Source of the DNA: Chiloscyllium plagiosum
Lineage: Eukaryota
Direction: 5' to 3'
NCBI RefSeq assembly: GCF_004010195.1
Contig: NC_057728.1
Location: 43,854,766-43,888,536 of the forward strand
Length of the DNA: 33,771 nucleotides
Shown: positions 10,621 through 22,200 of the stretch, piece by piece
Position numbering within the stretch: position 1 is the stretch's first letter
Layout: each line of letters begins with the position of its first letter
The notes under the pieces: generated by a model
Seen by the model: only the letters and a program-made list of their open reading frames with translations
Databases searched by the model: none
What the model was told of the DNA's origin: nothing
Program-made: the position numbers and the translations under genes

Positions 10621-11539
10621 CTATGAAACAAATAGCTGTAATTTATGGACTAATTTTCCAAAGTTCATGGCATTTAGAATAAATGTTGTGCTGGGAACTT
10701 TGCACTTTAACATACTGCACATAACTGACCCCAAGGCTGTCCCCTTTCAGGGCACTCGACTGACAGCTTGCACAACGGGAGGACAACATATCCAGTTTTG
10801 CTACAATGCAGTGATGTGGCCATTTAATAATAAGCAGTTGTTAAGTGAAGGGGAGAATACAATAAATCTGTCCAAAATTACTGTGTGGCAAAAATTAAAA
10901 TGAACAAAATGATGTTGGGGGTCAAAACATTTTTGCTCAGAGTCTTGTCAACAGGAAAAGAAAATAAGGGAAAGCATGAAATGCATACCGCCAGAATCAT
11001 AGGCAGCAAACTCGTTTGATGGATAGTGAACTAGAAATGCTGCTGTATAAAATAGGTACAAAAATGCTCTCCCTCATATCAACGTGCTATACTTTTGCTG
11101 ATAGCTCATGCAAAGCCCTCATTGAGCTTTAAAAGTTTTTTTTTAAATTGTTTACCATGCATGCACATACTTCAACAGGGCAAAAATCTTACATTGCAAT
11201 TTACAACTAAAGCACATGGCACAAGAAAATTATTCAAATATAGGAGGCAGATTTCCTTTCTGAAAGGAATTAATGAATCAGAGAATCAGATTTGTTTATA
11301 ATAACTGACAGTGGTTACATAGCCATCATGAGGCCAGATTTTAACCATTTGCCATAGGTGGGACTTAAAAAATGTCACCAGATCATTAATCTCGTACTCT
11401 AGATTACTAGCCCAGTGATATTACCCCTAGTCAACCACCTCCCACTAAATATTGCTTAGACTGTCAGTCCAGATCTACACAAAAATGAGGAAGAATTTTA
11501 AAATAGTTTTCTTTGTTAGCGAATCTATCAGTTGGCTAC

Positions 11540-11586
11540 CTCTGTAACAGTAACTTTCCTGATTCTTTAAATGATCTGCAGACTCC
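11540..11586 (-). CDS. Exon (ESADHLKNQESYCYR)
   Basis: Acceptor ttttctcattctttctcag, weak donor GAG|GTAGCC, 47 nt, phase 2 to 1, compatible on both sides. Confidence 0.6.
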
Positions 11587-11687
11587 CTGAGAAAGAATGA
11601 GAAAATCCATAACATTGAGACTGCTGGTGACTTGACTGCTAGTAGATTTTGTCCAATCAAATTGTTCAGAGATGTTAACATATACTC

Positions 11688-11953
11688 TATAGAATCCCTG
11701 CAGTATGGAAACAGGCCATTCAACCCAACGAGTTCACACTGGCCCTCCGAAGAGCATCCCACCCAGAAACATCCTGCTACCTTATACTTGTCACTCTGCA
11801 TTTCCCCTGGCTAATCTGCTTAACCTACACATCCCTGAACACTATGGGTAATTTAGCATGGCCAAAGTACCCAACATGCATATCTCTGGACTGCCTGGAC
11901 TACTTGAACCAAAGCATCTCAGGCTCACAAGTACCACTGTACCACACAATGCC
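11688..11953 (-). mobile_element. HE1-like SINE, diverged
   Basis: Reverse-complement similarity to the SINE at 26212-26482 (tggaaacaggcc, aatttagcatggccaa, ggactg). Confidence 0.75.
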
Positions 11954-12036
11954 TTTCAGGTGAGATTACAAATTGAAGGAAGGCTGTAGGGGTCCTTGTA
12001 ACAAACTAGATATTGATATCTATCATTCAACTGACC

Positions 12037-12994
12037 AGACATTGGTCAGTTCTTCTCAGTCACTGACACAAGCATTGTTGGTTCTTCTGCTAATTATCAC
12101 TCTGACATGCCAAGCTTCATCTTGAAATAAAAAACAACCCTCCACCACCACTCTCTGTCTTCTACCTTTGAACCAATTCTGTATCCAAATGGCTAGCTCT
12201 CCCTCTATTCCATGATATCTAACCTTGCTAACCAATCTCCCATGGGGAACCTTGTCGAATGCCTTACTGAAATCCATATAGATCACATCTATGCTTCTGC
12301 CCTCATCAATCCTCTTTGTTACTTCTTCAAAAAACTCAATCAAGTTTGTGAGATATGATTTTCCCATGCACAAAGCCATTTATTCGGAAAGTCTGAAGAA
12401 TCTTTATATTAACACAAGGATCCGAAAAGCTGTTCTGAGAAAACAAGCTTTCACTTCGTCTCAAGGCATCTAATTGTATTGTTATAGAGTTCATGCTTGT
12501 TGGAAACTTCACATGAAATGAATGAGGACAGATGGTTTTAAAGTGCTCAATTCATTGTACTTAATGACGAAGCCATTTCAAGATGAAGCTTGGCATGTCA
12601 CAGTGATAATTAGCAGAAGAACCAACAATGCTTGTGTCAGTGACTGAGAAAAACTGACCAATGTCTAAGTGAAAGCTTGTTTTCTCAGAACAGCTTTTCG
12701 GATCCTTGTGTTAATATAAAGATTCTCCAGACTTTCCGAATAAATGGCTTTGTGCATGGGAAAATCATATCTCACAAACTTGATTGAGTTTTTTGAAGAA
12801 GTAACAAAGAGGATTGATGAGGGCAGAAGCATAGATGTGATCTATATGGATTTCAGTAAGGCATTCGACAAGGTTCCCCATGGGAGATTGGTTAGCAAGG
12901 TTAGATATCATGGAATAGAGGGAGAGCTAGCCATTTGGATACAGAATTGGTTCAAAGGTAGAAGACAGAGAGTGGTGGTGGAGGGTTGTTTTTT
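12037..12994. repeat. Double inverted duplication: 12037-12128 = rc(12575-12666) and 12129-12456 = rc(12667-12994)
   Basis: Direct comparison shows about 3 mismatches over 420 bp. ORFs 12056..12379(-) and 12744..13028(+) share an identical N-terminal peptide. Confidence 0.95.
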
Positions 12995-13954
12995 AGACTG
13001 GATGCCTGTCACCAGTGGACTGCCATAAGGATCGGTGTTGGATCCACTACTTTTCATCATTTATATAAATGATTTGGATGTGAGCATAAGAGGTTTGGTT
13101 GGTAAGTTTGCACTTAACACCAAAATTGGAGGTTTAGTGGACAGTGAAGAAGATTACCATAAATTACAACGGGATCTTGATCAGATGGGCCAATGGGCTA
13201 AGAAGTGGCAGATGGAGTTGAATTTAGATAAATGTGAGGTGCTATATTTTGGGAAAACAAATTTTAGCAAGGCTCATACATTTATTGGTAAGGTTCTAGG
13301 AAATTTTGCTGAGCAAAGAGACCTTGGAGTGCAGGTTCATAGCTCCTTGAAGGTAGAGTCACAGTAGATAGGATAGTGAAGAAGGTGTTTGGTATGCTTT
13401 CCTTTATTGATCAGAGTATTGAGTACAGGAGTTGGGAGGTCATGTTGCGGCTGTACAGGACATTGGTTAGACTTCTTTTAGAATACTGCATGGTCTCCCT
13501 GCTATAGGATTTGAGCTACAGGGAGATGCTGAACAGGCTGGGGCTGTTTTGCCTGGAGCACCGGAGGGGTGACCTAATAGAGGTTTACAAAATCATGAGG
13601 GGCATGGATAGGATAAATGGACAAAGTTTTTCCACGGGGTGGGGGAGTCTAGACTTAGAGAACACAGGTTTAGGGTGAGAGTGGAAAGATATAAAAAGGG
13701 ACCTAAGGGGCAACCTTTTCACACAGAGGATGGTACGTGTATGGAATGAGCTGCCAGAGGAAATGGTGGAGGCTGGTATAATTGCAACACTTAAAAGGCA
13801 TTTGGCTGGGTATATGAATTGGAAGTGTTTGGAGGGATATGGGCTGAGTGCTGGCTGGTGGGACTACATTGGGTTGGGATATCTGGTCGGCATGGACAGG
13901 TTGGACCGAACGGTCTGCTTCTGTACTGTACACCTCTATGATTCTATGACTCTA
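12744..13954 (+). mobile_element. 5'-truncated CR1-clade LINE (RT domain to 3' tail), defective
   Basis: IYMDFSKAFDKVPH, LFIIYINDL, LQRDLD, EQRDLGV and RVWNELP motifs; (CTATGACT)-type tail at 13934-13954; stops and an internal deletion. Confidence 0.93.
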
Positions 13955-14661
13955 AATACTCCCAAAAACGAAATGATGTTATAAAAATCCCACCAGACAG
14001 CTCCAATTCCTTTTAGGAGTACATTTAATTGGAAATACAAATTGGACAGTATCAAATCCATATTATCAATTTTATGCCTGGGGTTGTAAGTTAAAAATCT
14101 AACCCTTCTCTTTCTTTTACATCCACTCCATGCACCATTTTGAGTACATTGCAAAAGAAAAGAACTAAATGCAAGCATAATAGATACTTACACAGATTAT
14201 TCAAGAAAATTTTGTAATTTTAACAGACTGTCCAATCCATGATTCTTTAGGATCCTGATTGAATTGGACCTGATCTCATATCAGATATGGGAGCATCAAG
14301 AAATAGGCAGAATCTCTTCATGAGAAAATGGATTGACAATTGATATTATATATCACATCGAATACTGGGTAGGTGGACAGAAACTGAACAGGTCTGGGGA
14401 GTGATTCAAGCCCTTCGAAAACATTCAAAGTACCAGCTGCTGCATAGGAGGATGCTTTTGCATAAACGCAATCCAATATACTCATTTGAGGCGGCACTAC
14501 TCGTCCATCATATAGAATGGGTCACAGAATTGCCCTTTTGCAAATGGTAAACATCACAAAATAATAAACAAGTTGCAGGTGCGAATGAATAATGCATTTG
14601 TAAGTAATTAACTATCAGCAAAACATAATAATTGTAGAAGATAAAGTATATAATTCATTAC

Positions 14662-14800
14662 CTCGGTACAATAACTGTTTCAAATAGCTGTATCAATTTC
14701 CGAGAAATAGTCTCCTTTGTCTTTTTTTGTACCTTGTAAGCACGCTCACTCCAATTCTGGCAGAATGGCACATCATATGAAGCATGAAGCCAGCTCAGCT
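14662..14800 (-). CDS. Exon (LSWLHASYDVPFCQNWSERAYKVQKKTKETISRKLIQLFETVIVP)
   Basis: Acceptor attgtattgcag, donor GAG|GTAATG, 139 nt, phase 1 to 2, 45 open codons; joins exon 11540-11586 as AG|G = Arg. Confidence 0.7.
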
Positions 14801-15164
14801 CTGCAATACAATGGTTAATTTTCAATTAAATAATGACAGACTTTCTGCCCCATTGCTTGTGGAATTTACCAGATATGTCATTCTAAGCAAAATAATGTGC
14901 AATATTTTTTAAAAGTGCGTCAAATAATTGCAGGAAAACACTACAAAAAGATTTCTTTCCTCTTACAGCTGAAAATCTAATCATGCTTCTATGAGAAGTC
15001 TTTGAGTAAGTGCAAATTATAGAAAACTCAAGGACAGATCAATATGAATCTGTGGCCTGAATCATTTTTCTATTATTGTTTAAAAACATACAGAAATTTC
15101 TGAACTAACACTAGGAGGCAATGAAAGGAGTAGGCGAGATGTTCCAGATTGCAAATAGTTTGTG

Positions 15165-16252
15165 GATGAGTAGTATTTGTATCATCGACAGCCACGATGA
15201 GGTGTTGGAAGACTGGTGGTTAGCTCATGTGGTGCCGTTATTTCAGAATTGGATGCAAAATTGGTTTTAAGGTAGGAGACAGAAGATGGTGGCAGAGGAT
15301 TTCTTTTCGGACTGAAGGCCCATGACCAGTAGTGTGGCATAAGGATCAGTGCTTGGTGCACTGCATTTCTTCAGTTATATGAATGATTTGGATGCGAATA
15401 TAGGAGCTATTGGTTTGTAAGTTTGCAGATGACACCAAAATAGATGGAGTAGAGGATAGTGAAATAGTGAAATGGGACCTTGATCGGATGGGCCAATGGT
15501 CTGAGAAGTGGCAAATTGACTTATACACTTAATGGAAGGGGCCTGGGGAGAGTTGCCAAACAAAGAGAGCTAAGGGTGTAGGTATATAAGTTCTTGAAAG
15601 TGGAGTCACAATAGACAAGATGGCGAAGGTGGCATTTGGCATACTTGCCTTCATTAGCCAGAACATTAAGTATAGGAGTTGGGATGTTATGCTGCAGCTG
15701 TACAAGACATTAGTGAGGCCACTTTTAGAATACAGAGTTCAATTCTGGTTGCCTTTCAAAAAGGATGTTGTTAAACCTGAGAAGGTGCAGAAAAGATTTA
15801 CAAGGATATTGCTGGGACTGGAGGGTTAGGGTTATAGGGAGATGCTGAGTGGGCTGGGGCTTTTCTCCCTAGAACATCGACGGCTGAGGTTTATAAAAGT
15901 TTATAAAATCATGGATAGGGCAAATGTCCAAGGTCCTTCTCCTGGAATGAATGAGTCCAAAATTAGAGGTCATAGGTTTAAGATGAGAGGGAAAAATTTA
16001 AGAAGAACCCGAGGGGTAATTGTTTCACAGAGGGACAGTACATGTATGGAACAAGCTGCCAAAAGAAGTAGTGGAGGACGGTACAAATACAACATTGAAA
16101 AGACACCTGATTGGGTATATGTATAGGAAGGGTTTAGAGCAATATGGACCAAATGCTGGCACATGCAATTATATCAGATTAGGACATCTGGTTGATGCGG
16201 ACGAGTTGGACCAAAAGGTCTGTTTTCGTGCTGTATTACGCTATGGCTCTAT
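15165..16252 (+). mobile_element. Degenerate, internally deleted CR1-clade LINE
   Basis: FADDTK-encoding gtttgcagatgacaccaaa, LYKTLVRPLLEY, LFSLEHRRLR and VWNKLP; ends in ctatggctcta. Confidence 0.88.
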
Positions 16253-16529
16253 AAAAGGCTGTAACATAACGTGACTTTGATAGCTGATCCATTATCTATC
16301 TACACTGACATACTAGGTTGATGGAAAAGCAGAGGAATCTGTGCAGATTGTGAAGGATGTCATTGCAGAGTTTAGTGGGTTTTTTTCTCGTTCAATGCAT
16401 GTGATGTTGGCATCATTGGCAAAACTAGCCTTCTTGTCCATCAGACAACTTAGGTCTTTTAAAGTATGGCATCAGGCTCGGTATAGCTCGACCATTTCAG
16501 GGAAGTTAACATTTACCCACATTATGATT

Positions 16530-16871
16530 CAGGTATACAATCTTTTATCTGAAACGCTTGGGACCTGCTGGTTTTCAGAATTCGGAATTTTTTCAGAACA
16601 AGTGACAGGTTGACGGTGAAATTTTTAAAACATTTTACTGAACAGCAGACTCAGTGAGAGTAACGGGCCCTGAGACAGAATTGAGGCCTGCCAGTGCTGG
16701 GCCATGCCCACCCATGTCACATCTGAGTGACATGCATTGAGTGGGTGTAGAGTTGGGTTAACTGTTTGCATGCCAAACAACCTAGTTAATGAGATAAAAA
16801 CTTCACAAAAAAAACTTCGGATTTTGGAGCCTTTCGGATTTCGGGATTTTGGATAAAGGGTTGTCTACCTG
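16530..16871. mobile_element. Tc1/mariner (Tigger/MER44-like) non-autonomous DNA transposon
   Basis: Imperfect TIRs CAGGTATACAATCTTTTATCTGAAA and TTTTGGATAAAGGGTTGTCTACCTG, TA on the right flank, internal ttcgga repeats. Confidence 0.7.
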
Positions 16872-17157
16872 TACTAAGTAAATATAGTAAATTTTCCATT
16901 CTGAATGGACTTTAATGAACAATTTGGGTTTTTGGAACTAACCATTATTTTTGTGGTCATCATTACTAGCTACTTGCTTTTCATTTCTAATTTATTTAAT
17001 TAACTTGCATTTAAGTTACCTAATTTCTTTGGTGAGATTTGATCTTACATCTCTCACTCATTAGCCATTTTTAGCTTTGGTCAGAGGGAGATTTATGGTT
17101 GCAGACTCATAGGGATTGGCAGTTATGAAATGTGGGACAGTTGGTCAGGTGTTTATC

Positions 17158-17244
17158 TGGTGTCTTTTCAATGTTGTAATTGTACCGGCCTCCACTACTT
17201 CCTTTGGCAGCTTGTTCCATACATGCACTGTTCCCTCTGTGAAA
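17158..17244 (-). repeat. Short inverted CR1 fragment closely matching 16022-16108
   Basis: Reverse complement reads ttcacagagggaacagtgcatgtatggaacaagctgccaaaggaagtagtggaggccggtacaattacaacattgaaaagacacc. Confidence 0.75.
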
Positions 17245-17539
17245 ATATTGGAAGGGGAATCAAGTAGATGGTAACAAGTGGAGTCAAGTAGTTTCTGACA
17301 CAGCAGGAATTTTTTTTGTTGAAGTTCTGGAAACAGTGATCAATGGAGTGTGAGATCAGCAGAGTTAATGCTGGAATCTCGGGCCATTAGTGAAGAGAAT
17401 GGTCAGGTTTGGGATTTCAGTTAGGGGAATGTTGGGCTTTGAACACATTAGTTTGTGGACTAATGCTACAGCAGCTGTCAAAGCATTTGCGAGATTGGGA
17501 ATGTGATTCAGAAAGGAAAGCAGGATAGCTATAACTCGC

Positions 17540-18672
17540 AGAAAGTGAGGACTGCAGATGCTGGAGATCGGAGCTGAAAATGTATTGCTGGAAAAGCGCA
17601 GCAGGTCAGGCAGCATCCAAGGAGCAGGAGAATCGATGTTTCGGGCATAAGCCCTTCTTCAGGAATGAGGAGGGTGTGCCAAGCAGGCTAAGATAAAAGG
17701 TAGGNNNNNNNNNNNNNNNNNNNNNNNNNNNNNNNNNNNNNNNNNNNNNNNNNNNNNNNNNNNNNNNNNNNNNNNNNNNNNNNNNNNNNNNNNNNNNNNN
17801 NNNNNNNNNNNNNNNNNNNNNNNNNNNNNNNNNNNNNNNNNNNNNNNNNNNNNNNNNNNNNNNNNNNNNNNNNNNNNNNNNNNNNNNNNNNNNNNNNNNN
17901 NNNNNNNNNNNNNNNNNNNNNNNNNNNNNNNNNNNNNNNNNNNNNNNNNNNNNNNNNNNNNNNNNNNNNNNNNNNNNNNNNNNNNNNNNNNNNNNNNNNN
18001 NNNNNNNNNNNNNNNNNNNNNNNNNNNNNNNNNNNNNNNNNNNNNNNNNNNNNNNNNNNNNNNNNNNNNNNNNNNNNNNNNNNNNNNNNNNNNNNNNNNN
18101 NNNNNNNNNNNNNNNNNNNNNNNNNNNNNNNNNNNNNNNNNNNNNNNNNNNNNNNNNNNNNNNNNNNNNNNNNNNNNNNNNNNNNNNNNNNNNNNNNNNN
18201 NNNNNNNNNNNNNNNNNNNNNNNNNNNNNNNNNNNNNNNNNNNNNNNNNNNNNNNNNNNNNNNNNNNNNNNNNNNNNNNNNNNNNNNNNNNNNNNNNNNN
18301 NNNNNNNNNNNNNGAGGGGAAATTGCATTCTTTGAAGAAGGAGGTCATCTGGGTTGTTCGGTATTGTAATTGGTCCTCCTGGGAGCAGATGCGGCGGAGA
18401 CGAAGGAATTGGGAATATGGGATGGCGTTTTTACAGGGGGCAGGGTTGGAGGAGGTGTAATCTAGATAGCTGTGGGAGTCGGTCAGTTTATAGTGAATGT
18501 CCGTGTTGAGTCGGTCACCCGAGATAGAAATGGAAAGGTCTAGGAAGGAGAGGGAGGAATCTGAGACGGTCCAGGTAAATTTGAGGTCAGGGTGGAAGGT
18601 GTTAGTAAAGTGGATGAACTGTTCAACCTCCTTGTGGGAGTACGAGGCAGTGCCAATACAGTCATCGATGTA
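17540..18672 (-). mobile_element. Penelope-like element (pLTR with hammerhead plus RT fragment), spanning an N-gap
   Basis: RT segment YIDDCIG, FHPDLKFTW, LSFLDLSI, YSQFLRLRRICS; terminus 17540-17704 matches the pLTR at 23254. Joining across the gap is assumed. Confidence 0.85.
17631..17666 (-). ncRNA. Minimal hammerhead ribozyme motif (variant)
   Basis: Reverse complement reads attc-CTGAAGA-a-GGGC-ttat-GCCC-GAAA-cATC-gatt. Confidence 0.65.
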
Positions 18673-19004
18673 TGAACTGTTCAACTAGCTAGAAGCTAGG
18701 AAAAGTGGGAAGATGTTGCTGATGGGACTGGTGAGAGACAGAGTTGGTATTGGACAAGTAACCTAATTTTTCATAGAGTTCAAGGGGTTGCTTTGTAGAA
18801 AATAACATCATCCTACTTGGTGTTACATTTTAAAAGCTGAGAAGGTCATGGATCTGCAGCCAGTCATGTAGTAAGTACAAGCCTGTGGTAAACAAAATAA
18901 GGAACAGCAGGCCCCAAATTGGGTGGCTTTTTTTCCGATTATCCATTGTCCTTTTGCCAGAAGATGAGTGGACACGCTGGAGAAACACCATAAAAACTAC
19001 TTAC

Positions 19005-19132
19005 AACATTTCTCCAGGGTATCCACAGAACAATCAGAAGATCCCTTATGGAAACTCACTGCCAACAAATTTAAGCATGACACCCAGGTGTAACAAACAT
19101 TGGAATGAAAATAGCAGGAAAGGCAATTATTA
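19005..19132 (-). CDS. Weak candidate upstream exon (NNCLSCYFHSNVCYTWVSCLNLLAVSFHKGSSDCSVDTLEKC)
   Basis: Acceptor tgtgtccag, donor GTAAGT, 42 open codons. Direct splicing to exon 14800 would create T|AG, so the link is doubtful. Confidence 0.25.
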
Positions 19133-19309
19133 CTGGACACATGCAGTATATAAAAAACAAATTCTATTTTATTAGTCCATGCTTCATTTCATAGAAAAAA
19201 AGATTGTAGATTCTACATCTTGGAATGAGTCCTATTGGCACAGAATCATTCAGATGTTCAACTAGCAAAACGCTTAACAACCCTGAAATATTAACCATCT
19301 TTACAAATG

Positions 19310-19490
19310 AAACATATAGAAACATATGAAGTAGGAGCAAGAGTGAGCCGCTTGGTTTCTTGAGCCTACTCTGCTATTCAATAAGGTGATGGCTCATCTG
19401 ACCACTTCAAATTCCCACTATCCACAAGAACATTTAACCCCTTGTTTATCAAGACATTACCAATCTCTGCCTTAAAATGATTTCAAGACC
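19310..19490 (-). mobile_element. Old LINE 3'-end fragment (CR1/L2-like)
   Basis: aacatatagaaacatatgaagtaggagca is a reverse-complement repeat tail, followed by LINE 3' UTR-like sequence. Confidence 0.5.
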
Positions 19491-19767
19491 GTGGGCCAAA
19501 TCTTGCATTTTTTGAGTGTGTCAATTACATTGAGTTTCATGGAGTGTTTCTTTCCATGAGGTCTGACAGGTTTTCTCATTACATCTGACTATATTTGCTT
19601 CATTAACTACCTAGCCCTCACCTATGGCACCATTCTTGTCCAATTCTAGCCCAAGTCTATGACTCGCCTGCACCTGGTACAAACTCACTGCTGCTGGGAT
19701 ATTCCAGAATGGAACAGCATTGCTGTCCAGAGCTGTCCTGCACAGTTCCTGATGTCTGCCATAGATA

Positions 19768-19997
19768 TGGTTGAGAAAGGAAATTTGCACTGTGCTTGCC
19801 AGGCAGTCACCTGGCGATGCTGCAGGGTGAGATAGTGCAGAAGTGGAATGTCCTCTTCTCCCAGGACCAGCAGAGGAGGCCACAATCCCTGACCATGTCA
19901 ACCTGGTCTGAAGTTGCCAAAGAGTTAGTGCATTGTTGTCTCAGCTGTTGAGAGGAATGCACAGCAATATAGAAAAAGGTTAATGGTCTGTTCCGTT
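19768..19997 (+). mobile_element. Second decayed Harbinger-type Myb/SANT coding fragment, interrupted by LTR elements and probably resuming near 31010-31110
   Basis: Encodes HLAMLQGEIVQKWNVLFSQDQQRRPQSLTMSTWSEVAK and RNAQQYRK-/VNGLFR. TGGELSDIQLLTHYVESILTL near 31041-31105 parallels the GGGSPNLQLLAPY segment of the 8.2 kb copy. Confidence 0.5.
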
Positions 19998-20650
19998 TGT
20001 TATGAATCAGACCAAACCCCCTCATAACATGCCAAGGAGATAGCCTAAATGTGAATATTTTCTTCTTATAACAACAAATGTAAGGGCAGTGTTTGCAGTT
20101 GTAATCTGGTTGGTCAAATGACTTAGCTTTAAATAAAACACACTTTATTCTTCCAGTACAGTTAAAATGCAAGCAAAATAAGAAAAGAATTGACTTAACT
20201 GTAACTCTATCAAAATGCTTAATAAAGTTATACATATAACTACTACCAGTTAGCTGTTCCAATATAACAGCATTCTATAAACACCCTTGGCAAAGGCAAG
20301 TTCAACAAAATTAATCTCTCTCACTTGATTTCCAGGCCAGGAGAAAGGAAAAACTAAAAAGCAGAAAAAAAGAGAGCTCAAGCTTTTGCAGCAGCAAAAA
20401 GTTAGTTCTTCTCCGGAATCCCAGTTCACCACCTGAAAATCAAAACCTGCAATCCCTGGATTTTTGTGTTCTTGATGCTGCCCACTCACACTTCTTTTGT
20501 TTACTTTTAAAACAAAGATCCAAAGCCAGATACATTGCTGGGCTCAGAGCAGACAGTTCATCTCCAGGTTTACAACACTTGCTCTCAAAAGAAATAGGAC
20601 AGAACAAGTCCTTCTGAAAGGCACATCTTAACACACACTCCTCCCTGACA
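19998..20650 (-). mobile_element. Probable solo LTR in reverse orientation
   Basis: On the minus strand it begins TGTCA and ends TTCATAACA, the same termini as the neighbouring Gypsy LTRs, with AATAAA near the 3' end. No clear TSD. Confidence 0.55.
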
Positions 20651-20932
20651 CCACACACTCAATTTATCTTTGCTACTGTCACTTTTTTCTAAAAACTGTT
20701 CCTTGGCTCAAGGAGACTCAGTCCTTGATATTTTTCAGAGGGGCAATAAACCGGGCTGGTCTCCAACCAGTCTGGTTTGGTACAGAGATGAAACAGATTT
20801 TGGGAGTCCTTTTGTTTATATGTAGACAGATGAGACTTCAGGCCAAAATGGTCATGTTTTAGAAGTGGCCTGTATAATGAAAGGGGAGTGGTCAGCTCTC
20901 TAGCCAGCTGAGCTGAGCTGTTTTTAGTTCAG

Positions 20933-21647
20933 AGTCGAGAGTGTGGTGCGGGAAAAGCACTGCATGTCAAGCAACATCCGAGGAGCAGGAGAATCCAGAA
21001 GGTGTGCCAAGTTGGAGGCTTGGGACTGGGATAGTGTGGGGGGAGGGGAAATAAGGAAACTATTGAAATCCAGATTTATCCTGTGTGGTTGCAGGGTCCA
21101 AATGCAGAATATGAGGTGTTCCTCCTCTGGACGTCGGGTGATAATTTCGAAGTTTCAGGTATAAGTCCTTCATAGGAATGAGGCTTGTGGGTCCGGGCTG
21201 AGACATAAATGGGAGGGAGGTGGGGTTGGAGGGAGATTACCACCGACGTCTGGAGGTGGAACACCTCATATTCTGCCTTAGGACTCTGCAATCACACGGG
21301 ATAAATGTGGATTTCAACAGCTTCCTCATTGCCCCTTCTCCCACATTATCCCAGTCCCAAGACTCCAACTCGGCACCGCCCTCCGGACCCGTCCATCACT
21401 GCCCCCTCTGACCTATCACCTTCTCCCTCACCTTCATCCACCTATCGTATTCTCAACTACCTCCCTCCAACCCCACACCCCTCCCATTTACCTCTCAGCC
21501 CCGACCAACAAGCCTCATTCCCGATGAAGGACTTGTGCCCGAAATGTTGATTCTCCTGCTCCTCTGATGCTGTCTGACTGCTGTGCTTTTCCAGCACCAC
21601 ACTCTCGACTCTGAACCCCAGATTCTGCAGTCTTCACTTTCTTCTCC
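20933..21647. mobile_element. Rearranged fold-back Penelope-like fragment inside the 5' LTR
   Basis: 15 bp TSD CTGTTTTTAGTTCAG (20918-20932 and 21648-21662); the empty site is present in the 3' LTR at 30423-30437. GIY-YIG tail RRLEVEHLIFCLRTLQSHGINVDF; degenerate hammerhead near 21517-21552. Confidence 0.88.
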
Positions 21648-21914
21648 CTGTTTTTAGTTCAGTCTTGAATTGGGAAGTTCAACAGGAAGCTGTGTGGAAA
21701 CTCTCTCTCTTTTCTGCCATTCAACTTCAACCTGTAAGCATGTGTTCCATTTATACTGCGTTTAAAGGGAGTTTGTTACTGGGACTGTTGTGTGTATTCG
21801 GAACTAATTAAGTCTAGCTGGATGGGTTGAGTTCTGTAGGGGTTCTTCATTTTGTTGTTTGTGTTTCATTGTGTAATTTTGTGAATAAATTTTTTGTCTG
21901 TTTTAAAATCTAGT

Positions 21915-22043
21915 TAAAAATCACACATGAAGGAGCAGCGCTCCGAACACTCGTACGCCTAATTAAACCTGTTGGATTATAACCTAGTGTTGTGTAATTT
22001 TTAACTTTGTTCCCACCAGTCCAACACCGGCAGCTCCAAATCA
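21915..22043 (+). mobile_element. Single-arm copy of the 9.1 kb mini-element family inside the 5' LTR
   Basis: atgaaggagcagcgctccgaa...gttggattataacctagtgttgtg, flanked by TTAAAATCTAGT (21903-21914 and 22044-22055); absent from the 3' LTR. Confidence 0.78.
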
Positions 22044-22179
22044 TTAAAATCTAGTAGCCAACCTAGCTATCGTATTCTGGGTAGTTTTCACTGTACATTT
22101 ACCAAAACAAATTGCAAAGTTACGTCTAGGACTGCAAACTTGAAAATGTTTTGAATGGTCTGGCTAGTCCATAACAGAT

Positions 22180-22200
22180 TGGGGGCTCTTTGCGGGATTT
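22180..22200 (+). promoter_or_regulatory. Primer-binding site, tRNA-Pro type
   Basis: TGGGGGCTCTTTGCGGGATTT, 3 nt after the LTR, versus the tRNA-Pro complement TGGGGGCTCGTCCGGGATTT. Confidence 0.8.

Larger units (their letters stand above)
20677..22176 (+). repeat. 5' LTR (contains two insertions)
   Basis: Aligns with 30193-30794 (ctcaaggagactc, cagaggggcaataaac, ctagtccataaca). Confidence 0.88.

Noticed and set aside
14200..14550. Moderately complex unique sequence that looked coding
   Set aside because: No consistent splice sites or convincing frame, and the flanking exons already join in phase.
17606..18684. Long ORFs of 240 and 341 aa
   Set aside because: Their length comes from the N-gap; only the Penelope RT part is real.
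17526..18699. Possible TSD tagctataactcg / tagctagaagctag around the gapped Penelope element
   Set aside because: Only 6 bp match exactly and a gap lies between them.
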